Shown here: positions 1 through 14,591 of the stretch, one piece after another
How the letters are laid out: the number at the start of each line of letters is the position of its first letter
Numbering within the stretch: the stretch's first letter is position 1
The notes under the pieces: generated by a model
Told to the model about the DNA's origin: nothing
The model's input: only the letters and a program-made list of their open reading frames with translations
Database searches by the model: none
Made by a program: the position numbers and the translations under genes
Origin: Macrostomum hystrix
Taxonomy: Eukaryota; Animalia; Platyhelminthes
Direction: 5' to 3'
Length of the DNA stretch: 64,000 nucleotides
Assembly (NCBI GenBank): GCA_950097015.1
Contig: CATNEN010000007.1
Location: 5,580,001 to 5,644,000, forward strand

Positions 1-120
1 CTCATCTCTCCCGTGTCTCATCTCTCCCGTGTCTTTTCTCTCCCCTGTCTAATCTCTCCCGTGTCTCATCTCTCCCCTGTCTCATCTCTCCCGTGTCTCA
101 TCTCTCCCCTGTCTCGTCTC
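1..120. repeat. ~19-bp minisatellite (tgtctcatctctccc..), cut by the window edge
   Basis: Tandem units visible directly. Confidence 0.85.
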
Positions 121-949
121 AACCCGGTCTCCTGTCTCCCTGGTTAAATCTGTTCCCAATATGCCTAGCAATATCTGCTATATTTCAGAGTTCCGTATTT
201 AACGAACAATTACTGTCTTACTGTTCTCAGAATTCGGGAAATTTCTACCGACCTGAAATCCAACTTTTGACCGTCTCAAAAGATGCCAAACATTATTTTC
301 TAAAAGTTCTTTCTAGGTTAGAGCCTCAAAAATTTATCTTTCGGTGTTGTTCGCTTAGTTTAGTTCGCTTAACTCGAAATGAAGAAACGTTACGGTTGCC
401 TGGGTCGCGGCCACTATCGGGTGCGCCTGAATGAGTCGGGCCCGACCTCTCCGCACACCAGACTCTGTCATCCGAGAACCGAATCTGATCCGAGCTATAT
501 ATACTTTATGCCAAAGTTTCGGCCTCAACAGACACTGGGGAATTTCCTGCATGCGCTGCTGATTAACAGCAGTCACTGTCCCAGCGTGTGTGAGTGCGCG
601 CAACCAACAGCTCTGTACCTCCTTGCCACTCCTTACTGACATCAAATTTGGGACCGGCGCCCCGGGGGCAGGAGAGGGAGGAGGGAGAAGCGGCTCAAGA
701 AATCCAATAAATTGGGAGAGAGCTCAAAAGCTGGCCGGCTGCAGTGTCAAAGGCGACTCAAAAACTGTATTTCTCTAATTTGAGTCAGCCAAAACAGAAC
801 TGCAAAACCTTCTGATTGTGTTAGAAAGCATTGGAACTCATAGGGCTATGTTATGAAGCACAGCATCCCGCTTTCTCATTACCCCACCGTCTAACTTACA
901 TTTACGAGTAGTTCGGCAAAACCGCCCACGCAAACTGGCATTTAGTTTG

Positions 950-3900
950 TGACTACCCCACAGCCAGACTGTCATTTAGTTTGTGACTACCCCACAGCCA
1001 GACTGGCATTTAGTTTGTGACTACCCAACACCCAGACTGTCATTTAGTTTGTGACTACCCCACACCCAGACTGTCATTTAGTTTATGACTACCCAACACC
1101 CAAACTGTCATTTAGTTTGTGACTACCCCACACCCAAACTGTTATTTAGTTTGTGACTACCCCACACCCAAACTGTCATTTAGTTTGTGACTACCCCACA
1201 CCCAGACTGTCATTTAGTTTGTGACTACCCCACACCCAAACTGTCATTTAGTTTGTGACTACCCAACACCCAGACTGTCATTTAGTTTGTGACTACCCCA
1301 CACCCAAACTGTCATTTAGTTTGTGACTACCCCACACCCAAACTGTCATTTAGTTTGTGACTACCCCACACCCAGACTGTCATTTAGTTTGTGACTACCC
1401 AACACCCAAACTGTCATTTAGTTTGTGACTACCCAACACCCAAACTGTTATTTAGTTTATGACTCCCCCACACCCAAACTGTTATTTAGTTTATGACTAC
1501 CCAACACCCAGACTGGCATTTAGTTTGTGACTACCCAACACCCAGACTTTCATTTAGTTTGTGACTACCCCACACCCAAACTGTTATTTAGTTTATGACT
1601 ACCCAACACCCAGACTGGCATTTAGTTTGTGACTACCCCACACCCAAACTGTTATTTAGTTTATGACTACCCCACACCCAGACTGTCATTTAGTTTATGA
1701 CTACCCCACACCCAGACTGTTATTTAGTTTATGACCACCCCACACCCAGACTGTCATTTAGTTTGTGACTACCCCACACCCAGACTGTCATTTAGTTTGT
1801 GACTACCCCACACCCAGACTGTTATTTAGTTTGTGACTACCCCACACCCAGACTGTTATTTAGTTTGTGACTACCCCACACCCAAACTGTCATTTAGTTT
1901 GTGACTACCCCACACCCAGACTGTCATTTAGTTTATGACTACGCCACACCCAGACTGTCATTTAGTTTGTGACTACCCCACACCCAGACTGTCATTTAGT
2001 TTGTGACTACCCCACACCCAGACTGTCATTTAGTTTGTGACTACCCCACACCCAAACTGTTATTTAGTTTGTGACTACCCCACACCCAAACTGTTATTTA
2101 GTTTGTGACTACCCCACACCCAGACTGTCATTTAGTTTGTGACTACCCCACACCCAAACTGTTATTTAGTTTGTGACTACCCCACACCCAGACTGTTATT
2201 TAGTTTGTGACTACCCCACACCCAAACTGTCATTTAGTTTGTGACTACCCCACACCCAGACTGTCATTTAGTTTGTGACTACCCCACACCCAAACTGTCA
2301 TTTAGTTTGTGACTACCCCACACCCAAACTGTCATTTAGTTTGTGACTACCCCACACCCAGACTGTCATTTAGTTTGTGACTACCCAACACCCAAACTGT
2401 CATTTAGTTTGTGACTACCCAACACCCAGACTGTCATTTAGTTTGTGACTACCCCACACCCAAACTGTCATTTAGTTTGTGACTACCCCACACCCAGACT
2501 GTCATTTAGTTTGTGACTACCCCACACCCAAACTGTCATTTAGTTTGTGACTACCCCACACCCAAACTGTCATTTAGTTTGTGACTACCCCACACCCAAA
2601 CTGTTATTTAGTTTGTGACTACCCCACACCCAAACTGTCATTTAGTTTGTGACTACCCCACACCCAGACTGTCATTTAGTTTGTGACTACCCAACACCCA
2701 AACTGTCATTTAGTTTGTGACTACCCAACACCCAGACTGTCATTTAGTTTGTGACTACCCCACACCCAGACTGTCATTTAGTTTGTGACTACCCCACACC
2801 CAGACTGTCATTTAGTTTGTGACTACCCCACACCCAGACTGTCATTTAGTTTGTGACTACCCCACACCCAAACTGTTATTTAGTTTGTGACTACCCAACA
2901 CCCAGACTGTTATTTAGTTTGTGACTACCCCACACCCAAACTGTCATTTAGTTTGAGACTACCCCACACCCAAACTGTTATTTAGTTTGTGACTACCCCA
3001 CACCCAAACTGTCATTTAGTTTGTGACTACCCCACACCCAAACTGTCATTTAGTTTGTGACTACCCCACACCCAGACTGTCATTTAGTTTGTGACTACCC
3101 AACACCCAAACTGTCATTTAGTTTGTGACTACCCAACACCCAGACTGTCATTTAGTTTGTGACTACCCCACACCCAAACTGTTATTTAGTTTGTGACTAC
3201 CCCACACCCAGACTGTCATTTAGTTTGTGACTACCCCACACCCAAACTGTCATTTAGTTTGTGACTACCCCACACCCAAATTGTCATTTAGTTTGTGACT
3301 ACCCCACACCCAGACTGTCATTTAGTTTGTGACTACCCAACACCCAAACTGTCATTTAGTTTGTGACTACCCAACACCCAGACTGTCATTTAGTTTGTGA
3401 CTACCCCACACCCAAACTGTTATTTAGTTTGTGACTACCCCACACCCAGACTGTCATTTAGTTTGTGACTACCCCACACCCAAACTGTTATTTAGTTTGT
3501 GACTACCCAACACCCAGACTGTTATTTAGTTTGTGACTACCCCACACCCAAACTGTCATTTAGTTTGAGACTACCCAACACCCAGACTGTCATTTAGTTT
3601 GAGACTACCCAACACCCAGACTGTTATTTAGTTTGTGACTACCCCACACCCAGACTGTTATTTAGTTTGTGACTACCCCACACCCAGACTGTTATTTAGT
3701 TTGTGACTACCCCACACCCAAACTGTCATTTAGTTTGAGACTACCCAACACCCAGACTGTCATTTAGTTTATGACTACCCAACACCCAGACTGTCATTTA
3801 GTTTATGACTACCCAACACCCAGACTGTCATTTAGTTTAGTACTACCCCACACCCAAACTGTTATTTAGTTTATGACTACACCACACCCAGACTGTCATT

Positions 3901-4137
3901 TAGTTTATGACTACACCACACCCAGACTGTCATTTAGTTTATGACTACACCACACCCAGACTGTCATTTAGTTTGTGACTACCCCACACCCAGACTGTCA
4001 TTTAGTTTGTGACTACCCCACACCCAGACTGTCATTTAGTTTATGACTACCCAACACCCAGACTGTCATTTAGTTTGAGACTACCCCACACCCAGACTGT
4101 CATTTAGTTTATGACTACCCCACACCCAGACTGTCCT
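950..4137. repeat. 34-bp minisatellite (catttagtttgtgactaccccacacccagactgt), about 90 copies
   Basis: Contiguous units with a few recurrent variant positions and no spacers. Confidence 0.97.
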
Positions 4138-4955
4138 TTATTCGGTCAAATGTTCATTTCTAAATTCTTGTCGCCTTTATTTTTAAACATTGAAATTCAA
4201 CGAAGCAGTAGTCAATTTATTTCTGTTGCAATGAGCAAATGCCATGCCATTGTAAATGTGATAAACTGGTGTACAGCAGCAGCAGCAGCAGACGGAGGGG
4301 CCGGACAGTGATAGAGCCCTTCAATTGAATAAAACTTTTCTGCATCTCTTTTTCTGAAAAAAAAACTGGTAAAAGAGGCCGCTGCAAAGGCTATCTTCTG
4401 CAACATGCAATTGCACTTCTGACGGTTGAAAGCAGCAGCACACAGATTTTTGCATTTCGCATCTGTTTTGGAACACACGACCCGCTCGGCTTTCGCCCGA
4501 AAGTTTTTCCCGCATCCGATTGTTGATCATAAATTCTTTCCGTCCCCTACCGCTCTTCCTGTCCCTGTTTTGCAATATTCCACGTGTGCAGCGACTTCCT
4601 GCGACCCGCTACACATTGTTGAGGGCGAATTCAGGTGGGTTGGAGAATGAGAGGCTGCGGCAGCCCCAGGGTTATTGATGACACGCCGCCAAACACTCGT
4701 GACCCTACCCCCCTATGAGCGGGTAGCGCAGGGGAAAACTCGGAAATGAATGGAGGACAGCAAAAGGAATTAGAAAGGAACCACTTTATCAGCGCGACAG
4801 CCTAAGCTATTGTGTGCCTAGAGTGTTTCTGTGGTCTTGTGTAATTGTGTTCTTGAAAGAGTACCTGTGTGCGTACACTAGTGTGTTCTTGAGTGAGTAC
4901 ACTAGTGTGTACCTGTGTGCGTACACTAGTGTATTCTTGAGTGAGTATACTGGTG

Positions 4956-5729
4956 TGTACCTGTGTGCATACAATGGTGTGTACTTGCGTGCTTGCACTA
5001 GTGTGTACTTTGATTGCTTACACTAGTGTGTTTACACTAAGCGATTAAAGTACACACTAGTGTAAGCGATTAAAGTACACACTAGTGTAAGCGATTAAAG
5101 TACACACTAGTGTAAGCGATTAAAGTACACACTAGTGTAAGCGATTAGAGTACACACTAGTGTAAGCGATTAAAGTACACACTAGTGTAAGCGATTAAAG
5201 TACACACTAGTGTAAGCAATTAAAGTACACACTAGTGTAAGCGATTAAAGTACACACTAGTGTAAGCAATTAAAGTACACACTAGTGTAAGCGATTAAAG
5301 TACACACTAGTGTAAGCGAATTAAAGTACACACTAGTGTAAGCGATTAAAGTACACACTAGTGTAAGCGATTAAAGTACACACTAGTGTAAGCAATTAAA
5401 GTACACACTAGTGTAAGCGATTAAAGTACACACTAGTGTAAGCAATTAAAGTACACACTAGTGTAAGCGATTAAAGTACACACTAGTGTAAGCAATTAAA
5501 GTACACACTAGTGTAAGCGATTAAAGTACACACTAGTGTAAGCAATTAAAGTACACACTAGTGTAAGCGATTAAAGTACACACTAGTGTAAGCGATTAAA
5601 GTACACACTAGTGTAAGCGAATTAAAGTACACACTAGTGTAAGCGATTAAAGTACACACTAGTGTAAGCAATTAAAGTACACACTAGTGCAAGCACGCAA
5701 GTACACACCATTGTATGCACACAGGTACA
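4956..5729. repeat. 25-bp tandem array (gcgattaaagtacacactagtgtaa) bracketed by ~75-bp inverted repeats
   Basis: Array at about 5035-5690. 4956-5030 is the reverse complement of 5655-5729. Confidence 0.9.
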
Positions 5730-6364
5730 TCGTATGCATGTATGCATCGACCCGAAGGGGTGGGTGCGAAGGGTTCAGAGGTCTAGAAAAGTGGCGTGAC
5801 GCGATTGGCCAAAAAATATGATGCTTGCCAATAAAAAACAGGACTATTAATCGAGCGATAAAACAAAAACAAAAATGCGCCTTTAAACCAGCGTACACTA
5901 GAGTTCAAATTTTGTTTACGTGTGTGCATTAGTTTGTATTTTAATTTGTGTTTTTTCTGTGCACACTTAGTGTACTTGTGTAAATTTGTTTGCTCAACTG
6001 TGTATACGTACAAGTAGTGGCGAAATTACTTTAAAAAGTTAAATTTCCAGAATAATAAACTGACAAGACTCAAAACGAAGATTATTTGTTTTATTTAATT
6101 AATATTCTGTTGGTTTTAGGCAATCAAAAAATGATCGACAGTAATTTTTTTTACAATTGACATAATAAATTGGTTTTTACTTTGGAAAACTGTATTTGGG
6201 GTTGACATCAATCATTTTAGCCAGAATTCGCCCCAACAGAATTGCGGCTTAAAGATTTCCATTATCGAGATTGCTCCATTGAAGCCGCAGAAAGCAGCTC
6301 TGCAATATCTGCCCCGAGTCTCCAAGTTGACAATCTTCTTTGTTCATCAGCATGTCAATATTGC

Positions 6365-6855
6365 TTCTCTCTCAGTCCCTTCTCTCTCAGTCCCTTCTCT
6401 CTCAGTCCCTTCTCTCCCAGTCCGTTCTCTCTCAGTCCCTTCTCTCTCCAGTCCCTTCTCTCCCAGTCCCTTCTCTCCCAGTCCCTTCTCTCCCAGTCCC
6501 TTCTCTCTCAGTCCCTTCTCTCCCAGTCCCTTCTCTCCCAGTCCCTTCTCTCCCAGTCCCTTCTCTCTCAGTCCCTTCTCTCCCAGTCCCTTCTCTCCCA
6601 GTCCCTTCTCTCTCAGTCCCTTCTCTCCCAGTCCCTTCTCTCTCAGTCCCTTCTCTCTCAGTCCCTTCTCTCTCAGTCCCTTCTCTCTCAGTCCCTTCTC
6701 TCTCAGTCCCTTCTCTCTCAGTCCCTTCTCTCTCAGTCCCTTCTCTCTCAGTCCCTTCTCTCCCAGTCCCTTCTCTCCCAGTCCCTTCTCTCCCAGTCCC
6801 TTCTCTCTCAGTCCCTTCTCTCCCAGTCCCTTCTCTCTCTCAGTCCCTTCTCTCC
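6365..6855. repeat. 15-bp minisatellite (cagtcccttctctcy)
   Basis: Tandem units; source of the SQSLL and PSPFS artefact ORFs. Confidence 0.95.
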
Positions 6856-7194
6856 CTGGCAGCAGCAGCAGCTTCATCACTCTTTCCGTCGTTCCTCTAC
6901 CCCACAACTCAGGTGTGCAAGGATCGGGAAAATTATATTTAGACTATTTTTCTTCCTGAGTGGGATATTTTCAGAGCACTCTACGAGTCGCTTCCTTTGA
7001 CTGTTTTCTTTTAGGGGACCTCGTGAAGTTCAGTTTCTTTTTCTGCTACGCAAATCATATTCGTTACACACTTCTCTTGCACCCTGGTGCAAAGAACTTC
7101 TGCAATTTCTAGGCGCAAATTAGCAAGGTCAAGTTGGACGAAGCAGATTAATACTTGACATGGAATAGGTGAGAGTGAACAAGAGTAGCGTCTT

Positions 7195-7520
7195 CAAGTG
7201 TGAGAGTGAACAGGGAAAGCGTGAGAGTGACCAGGGGAAGTGTGAGAGTGACCAGGGAAAGTGTGAGAGTGACCAGGGAAAGTGTGAGAGTGACCAGGGA
7301 AAGTGTGAGAGTGACCAGGGAAAGTGTGAGAGTGACCAGGGAAAGTGTGAGAATGACCAGGGAAAGTGTGAGAGTGAATAGGGAAAGTGTGAGTGTGAAT
7401 AGGGAAAGTGTGAGAGTGAATAGGGAAAGTGTGAGAGTGAATAGGGAAAGCGTGAGAGTGAAGAAGGAAGTGTGAGAGTGACCAGGGAAAGTGTGAGAGT
7501 GACCAGGGAAAGCGTGAGAG
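7195..7520. repeat. 21-bp minisatellite (gtgtgagagtgaccagggaaa)
   Basis: Tandem units. Confidence 0.92.
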
Positions 7521-8287
7521 TGATATCGTGAGTTTCACGAACTCTTCATCTGGCAAGGGAGAGTGAAATACCAGTGAGAGGACTTGAGAGCAGTACTCTT
7601 ATTTTCATCTTCTCAGGAAAATAATAGGAAAGCTGCATCGCGAGACCACATATCAGTTGGTGTGTCACCAATGGGAAATGAATTTCGATTTGCAGAATAT
7701 CACAGATCACCGCGGGCCAAAATGGGAGAATCCATCATTCCGCAGCGATCTAGGCTGGCGCACTGTTAGGCACTGCCTGGCCGTGAAGTGGCAGCGGACG
7801 GATTGGAAGCTCAGATTAGTGGCTGCTGAATCGAGGAGGACAGCCTCGGGTGGGGGGAGGAGCGGAGAGGCGGTGAAGGATGAAGGAGCACAAACAGAGG
7901 GCTTTCTGGCACCGACTGTTTGGCTAGGGATAGGTGAGTGGCGCATTGGGGAGACCTGACACTTCAGTCGAAACTGGCGTGAGTTTATTTCTTTGCAGAT
8001 CTGATAAATCAATTCGTAGGGGCTACTTAAAGAGCAGAAGAGCGAGCAGGAATTCATAAGAGTCTTTCGGGGAGAGAACGAGAGAGGATAGAAAATGAGA
8101 GGGGAGAACTAGAAAAAGAGAAGTCGATGGAGGAGAGAACGTGAGGGGGAGAGAATGATGGGGGGCACATAACGAGGGAGAACGAGAGTTTGGAGATGTA
8201 GAAGAGAGCGAGAAAGGAGAACGAGAAGGAGAAAAGGGAGGAGTGAATGTGACAAGAGAGAATGATAGCGGCAGAAAAAGAAATAGT

Positions 8288-8632
8288 GAGAACGAGAGGG
8301 AGGAGAGAACTAGAGGGAGGAGAGAACGAGAGGGAGGAGAGAACGAGAGGGAGGAGAGAACTAGAGGGAGGAGAGAACTAGAGGAAGGAGAGAACTAGAG
8401 GAAGGAGAGAACTAGAGGGAGGAGAGAACTAGAGGGAGGAGAGAACTAGAGGGAGGAGAGAACTAGAGGAAGGAGAGAACTAGAGGAAGGAGAGAACTAG
8501 AGGAAGGAGAGAAATAGAGGAGGAGAGAACTAGAGGGAGGAGAGAACTACAGGAGGAGGGAACTAGAGGGAGGAGGGAACGAGATGTTAAGGGAACAACA
8601 GAGGGAGAGCGAGAGGGAGAGAACGAGAGGGA
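8288..8632. repeat. 18-bp purine-rich minisatellite (gagaactagagggaggag)
   Basis: Tandem units. Confidence 0.88.
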
Positions 8633-9106
8633 GGACTCCGTTGGGAGTATACTGACGATCTGTGCTGTTTTACCAGAATTTTTCATAAGAGACTTCATCA
8701 TTTAGGCGTTTAGGCAGTGTCTTAGGCAGAATGAAAATGCCGCAGAGAATCAGCTTTCAAGGTGAAAGCTTCGCTGCAGATGTGAAGAAGCAAAACAGGT
8801 AAGAGAGTGAAGAGCTCGCCACAGTCAGGCTGTAGTTGTGTCAATTATTAGATTGCGAAAGTTACCCTCAGTTGACAGGTGAGCAGCTGGAGTCAAGGCT
8901 CGATTTGGTCGACCGTGCTTCGCACGGGTGTCGTGTGTCAGCAGGTATTCAGTTTCAGATTGACAATTCGAGAAACTGTGTATTTTGATTAGGTTAGACT
9001 TTGGACGAAAAGAACGATCATTCCGCGACGTGAGATTTTGGGAAGGTGAGATTATTGGATGTAGAGATTTTTAAAGGGCCGGGGATTTAGTCAAATACTG
9101 TCAAAG

Positions 9107-9146
9107 TCTGACTGTCTGACTGTCTGTCTGTCTGTCTGTCTATCTA

Positions 9147-9207
<61 letters not shown>

Positions 9208-9213
9208 CTGTCC

Positions 9214-9257
<44 letters not shown>

Positions 9258-9267
9258 GCCTGTCTGT
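9107..9267. repeat. (TCTG)n microsatellite
   Basis: Visible directly. Confidence 0.95.
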
Positions 9268-9839
9268 ACTTCAAAGGAAATTCAGAAAAGCTGAAAGGGT
9301 GTCCACTGAGTTTCCGTCAGCAGCAAGGTATTGGCCCCCCCGGTCCGTGTCAGCCCATGTCCACACCGTAGAATTGCTAATTCTGTTGCTGCTGCCGACT
9401 TCCCAGGAATCCAGTTGATTTCTCCGAATCACCTGGACTGCAGGAGTCAGAAATCATTTATTTTCACTTTTTTCTCCAGCAAGTTCACACAGTCGAGTCT
9501 CCAGTTGCCACTGCTGGCGGTTAATGTTACTTCAGGCTTCCGCCCCAAGTGCCGAGGTCAGGATTGATGAGTTGCGTGGGACAGGACTTTCGCTGAGAGA
9601 TATTTCACTCTTAGCTGCGTGGGTCCCTCAGGGTGACGGAGAGAAAATAAAAGAAAAAATATGGCTCGTTCTCAGGCCAGGACGGCTAGAGAGATTAGAA
9701 AGGTTATTCAATCAAGGTAAAGTAAAGAAAAATGGGAGTTTTTGAGAACCAAACAAGGGGAGCTGAACAAACTGAAGAGAGCGCCAGTGTAACAGGTGAA
9801 GGTGTCTGCGGAGAAAGTGTCAGGGGAGACGGAAAACTG

Positions 9840-10255
9840 TTTCTAGCAAAGATGGTTTCTAGGAAAGATTGTTTCTAAGAAAGATGGTTTCTAGAAATGA
9901 TAGTTTCTAGGAAAGCGGTTTTGTAGGAAAGAGGGTTTCTAGGAAAGATGGTTTCAACGAAAGAGGGTTTCTAGGAAGGAGGGTTTCTAGGAAGGAGGGT
10001 TTCTAGGAAAGAGGGTTTCTAGGAAAGTGGGTTTGTAGGAAAGAGGGTGTCAGAGGAAGAGGGTGCGAAGGTAAGACGGTGTAAGGGCATGAGGGTGTCA
10101 GGGGAAGAGGGTGTCAGGGGAAGAGGGTCTCAGGGGAAGAGGGTGTCAGGGGAAGAGGGTGTCAGGGGAAGAGGGTGTCAGGGGAAGAGGGTGTCAGGGG
10201 AAGAGGGTGTCAGGGGAAGAGGGTGTCAGGGGAAGAGGGTGTCAGGTGAAGAGGG
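9840..10255. repeat. 18-bp minisatellite grading from tttctaggaaagagg.. to tgtcaggggaagagg..
   Basis: Tandem units whose sequence drifts along the array. Confidence 0.85.
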
Positions 10256-11619
10256 TGGCTGTCAAATGAGAAGTGGTCAATTATAAGAAGTGGTTGTGAT
10301 CTGATTCGAAGCCGCAATTGAGGGGGTTGTTGAAATGCTGTAAAAGATGAATAATCTCAAAATGGGGCTGAACCTGACGGACTGTCAGCATTCCTGAGCT
10401 TACTCAGGACATAAGCTGCGACAAGGCAATGGAAAGCAATTAAATTCCTTCATGATTATTTCATAAATTCAAACTGGTAGACAGAAAGTCTCCACTCCGT
10501 GTGTTACCGAAGGTTTGCCACGGCCGCAGAGTGTTTGTTCTGCGCTGAGACCCACGTAGGCGATTAAGTGGGGATTTTTTCGAACAAATAAAATCAGTCC
10601 CGCTATACTCATTAAGGCTGGCTGCGTGCACTTTTAATTTGCCGATTGATCGCGACAGCTTCAAACAGGGTCTCTCCTTCTGAGTCCGAGTCTGAGCAGC
10701 GGGAATGCGAAGTGGGGAACTTGGGATTTCGTCTTGGCAGATTTTAGCGCCGGACCGCTTTCGTGTTCGTAGCACTTTAGAAGCCTCTCATTACCTTCAT
10801 AACACTACCGTGAAGGCTCATTACAATATTCAAGGTCTGCTTACATTTTTAGAAAATCATTAAAGGTCTAAATTCTTGATTTTTAATTCTTAATACTTTA
10901 TTTTTAAGTTTGATAGTTTGATAGTTTGATATCTCATTACATTTTGTAATTATGTTGAAGTCTCACTAAATGATGTTTACTGATTACATTATGATGAAAT
11001 CTCATTAACATTATTCTGAAGACGGATTACACTACTTTAAGGTCTCTTAATAGCGCCAATTACATATCCTACGAGCATGTGTTTCAATAAATTCTATCTC
11101 ATTACATTCCTTTTTAAACCGGTGGGAATGTTTCACATAGCAACACAAATCACGGTGCTAACTTCTAACTCCGTGACAGTGTCCCGTGTTCCTCTCCGAG
11201 CAATCCCAAAGCTGCCTATAATATTCCAGTCAGCATCGATTTGCCAACGGTCTGGCGGTGTCCAGACACCACCCACCCCGCACTGACCCTGTTATCCCAA
11301 AGCCTGCTGCGACACATCCCATTCCCGGTGTTTGCTTCATTATTTTCCAATTTTGCCGGGCCCTGGTGGATAATGAGGACGAGGCAAGGCAGATTGCCAA
11401 TCAGAGAGAAAAATAGATCTGAGCATGGAAGCGGCCCTACTCCATCCATCTGTCATCGGAGCCTGTTTGAAGCAAGTCATTTCCTGTCGCCAGCGCGTAA
11501 ATACTAACTCTAATTGAAACTAATGAAAGCCTTGGAACCGACCCTGGAAATCTGCCGCTGATCAACAGCTTGCCGACCGCATGCGGAATTCTGTGAAAGT
11601 CATCTACACTGATTATTTC

Positions 11620-12822
11620 ATAACTAGATCCCATATATATGACTAGATCCCAAATATATGACTAGATCCCAAATATATGACTAGATCCCAAATATATGAC
11701 TAGATCCCAAATATATGACTAGATGCCATCTATCTGCCTAGATCCCAATCTATCTGACTAGATCCCAAATATATGACTAGATCCCAAATATATGACTAGA
11801 TGCCATCTATCTGCCTAGATTCCATATATCTGCCTAGATTCCATCTATCTGCCTAGATTCCATCTATCTGACTAGATCCCATCTATCTGACTAGATCCCA
11901 TCTATCTGCCTAGATCCCATCTATCTGCCTAGATTCAACTATCTGCCTAGATTCCATCTATCTGCCTAGATGCCATCTATCTGACTAGATCCCATCTATC
12001 TGCCCAGATCCCATCTATCTGCCTAGATCCCATCTATCTGCCCAGATTCCATCTATCTGCCTAGATCCCATCTATCTGCCTAGATCCCATCTATCTGCCT
12101 AGATTCAATCTATCTGACTAGATCCTATCTGAATAGATGCCATCTTCAGGTGTTTCAGGGGTTTCAGGTGTTATGATTCAGGTATGAGGATTCGGATGAG
12201 AATTCAGTTGTGATGATTCAGGTGTGGAGATTCAGGTGTGGAGATTCAGGTGTGGAGATTCAGGTGTGGAGATTCAGGTGTGGAGATTCAGGTGTGGGGA
12301 TTCAGGTGTGGAGATTCAGTTTAGGATTGATTAGATCCTGAGTAGACCCCATCTTCTGTCTGAGTAGATCCCATCTTCACTCTGAGAAGATCCCATCTTC
12401 ACTCTGAGAAGATCCCATCTTCACTCTGAGAATGTCCCATCTTTACTCTGAGAATATCCCATCTTCACTCTGAGAATATCCCATCTTACTCTGAGAATAT
12501 CCCATCTTCACTCTGAGAATGTCCTATCTTCACTCTGAGAATGCCCCATCTTCAGTCTGAGAACATCCCATCTTCACTCTGAGAATATCCCATCTTTAGT
12601 CTGAGAAGATCCCATCTTCACTCTGAGAACATCCCATCTTCACTCTGAGAATGTCCTATCTTCACTCTGAGAATGTCCCATCTTCACTCTGAGAACATCC
12701 CATCTTCACTCTGAGAAGATCCCATCTTCACTCTGAGAATGATCCTATCTTCACTCTGAGAATGTCCCATCTTCAGTCTGAGAACATCCCATCTTCACTC
12801 TGAGAACATCCCATCTTTACTC
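11620..12822. repeat. Cluster of three minisatellites (19-bp ctagatcccatctatctgc; 14-bp ggtgtggagattca; 22-bp cttcactctgagaagatcccat)
   Basis: Arrays at about 11620-12135, 12210-12320 and 12340-12822. Confidence 0.9.
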
Positions 12823-13542
12823 TTTATCATATCCTTTTCGTTGCAGTTAGAGAAATGGTCACAAAACAATTCAAAAGGCAAAAGCAAGCAAGCAAATATT
12901 CTTCTCCGAATTTAGTAAAAAAGTGAAATATTTGTAATCGTCCAATTAATTATTCATAATGAATCCGGGCACTAATATAGCAAAATAGTCGGGTAAATCT
13001 TACAGGGTAGGTGAGCTGATTTGAGTGCCCACGCGCAAAGAAAAGCGGCATGCGTAGCAGGAGAGCAAGAAAAAAATGTCAACAAAAAGTACAACGAAAA
13101 TCAATAGGCCATGCACGATCGATACGCTTCCTCTTTCCCAGAAGGCAAGCTAAAAAATGGGGCAAAAAAGAAGCCTTTCCTCACAAGCAGTTATCACATT
13201 ACTGTTCGGGAAAAAAGCGATTCAAACAAAAACTAGCAGCACGTGCTAATGTGGGAAATTTAAATACAACTTTTTCTAACCAAAGTGAAGAGAAAATAAA
13301 TAGCAAGCTGAATTTTGTAAGACTACAAAAAAATCTGTACTGGCTACTTGTGACAGTAGCAGGAGACAGTTTCAGTTCAGACAATTTCTGTTAGAAATTC
13401 GGAATAGACATACAGAATATTTAATAAGCTCAGTCTCATGCGTATGTACAAAATTAAACGATTAGTGCCATATCCTGATAGCTCGTAACGATAAACAATG
13501 CGAATGTCTGGTGTTAATCGATTGATATTGGGGAGATGGGAG

Positions 13543-13850
13543 GGGAGTGAGGTGGGTGAGGAGTGAGGTGGGTGAGGAGTGAGGTGGGTAAGGAGTGAGG
13601 TGGGTGAGGAGTGAGGTGGGTGAGGAGTGAGGTGGGTGAGGAGTGAGATGGGTGAGGAGTCAGGTGGGTGAGGAGTAAGGTGGGTGAGGAGTTAGGAGAG
13701 AGAGGAGTGAGGTGGGTAAGGAGTGAGGTGGGTGAGGAGTGAGGTGGGTATGGAGTGAGGTGGGTGAGGAGTGAGGTGGGTGAGGAGTGAGGTGGGTGAG
13801 GAGTGAGGTGGGTAAGGAGTGAGGTGGGTGAGAAGTCAGGTGGGTGAGTT
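13543..13850. repeat. 16-bp minisatellite (gaggtgggtgaggagt)
   Basis: Tandem units. Confidence 0.92.
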
Positions 13851-14591
13851 GAGTGACGTGTTTGCGGAGTGGGTTTGGTGGGAATGACGCGGGCAATCTT
13901 TTCAGATCTAAGCTTCAAAAAAATTGGAAAACTCACACAGTTTCTGGTATTTATTTTAACTGTTCATACATATTTGTTACACATTTCATACACATTCCGA
14001 CTGTACAAATTTTATACAAATGTGATTTGCTTACGAGTAATACTGACGACATTAGGTAGGGTTTTCTTTTCTTTTCTTTAACCGAAAGAAAAAGGATTCG
14101 AACAAGTTATAGTCGCATAAGTACAAAGTTCATTGGAGTCGCGTACAATAGGTACTGATCAGCCCCTGTAAAGTCTGAAAGTCATGATTAATGATTTTAG
14201 AAATAGAACAATTAGCACGCGAATTCTAAAGCAAATTTCACTCAAGATGACAATAGGCAGGAATAGTGACAGGAACTTTAACTAACATATTAAAAGATCC
14301 CAAAAATCCCTAAGAAAGTCCTACTATTCTCAAAGAAGATCCCACTTATAACTAAAAAATATCCCACTATTCTCTAAGAGAATCCAACAATTTTCTATGA
14401 TCAAACTGTTCTCAAAGAAGAACTCTAAACCAATTCTAAAAACCATTCACCCCCAGCACTCGGATTCTCTGATACGCAGTGAGTGCATAGCTGAAACTTA
14501 CAGTTAAGAGATTCAACAGCTTGCACCCAAACCCTAACGCCCATTTTAACAACGGAAGCAGAGAGACTGTCAGCAATGTCCTTTGGCGCAA

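Noticed and set aside
950-4137. 34-bp repeat array as a CRISPR array
   Set aside because: Units are contiguous with no unique spacers, there are no cas genes, and the context is eukaryotic.
6242-7556. Low-complexity ORFs here and at 16260-16838, 37270-38805 and 47618-48166
   Set aside because: Translations of minisatellites.
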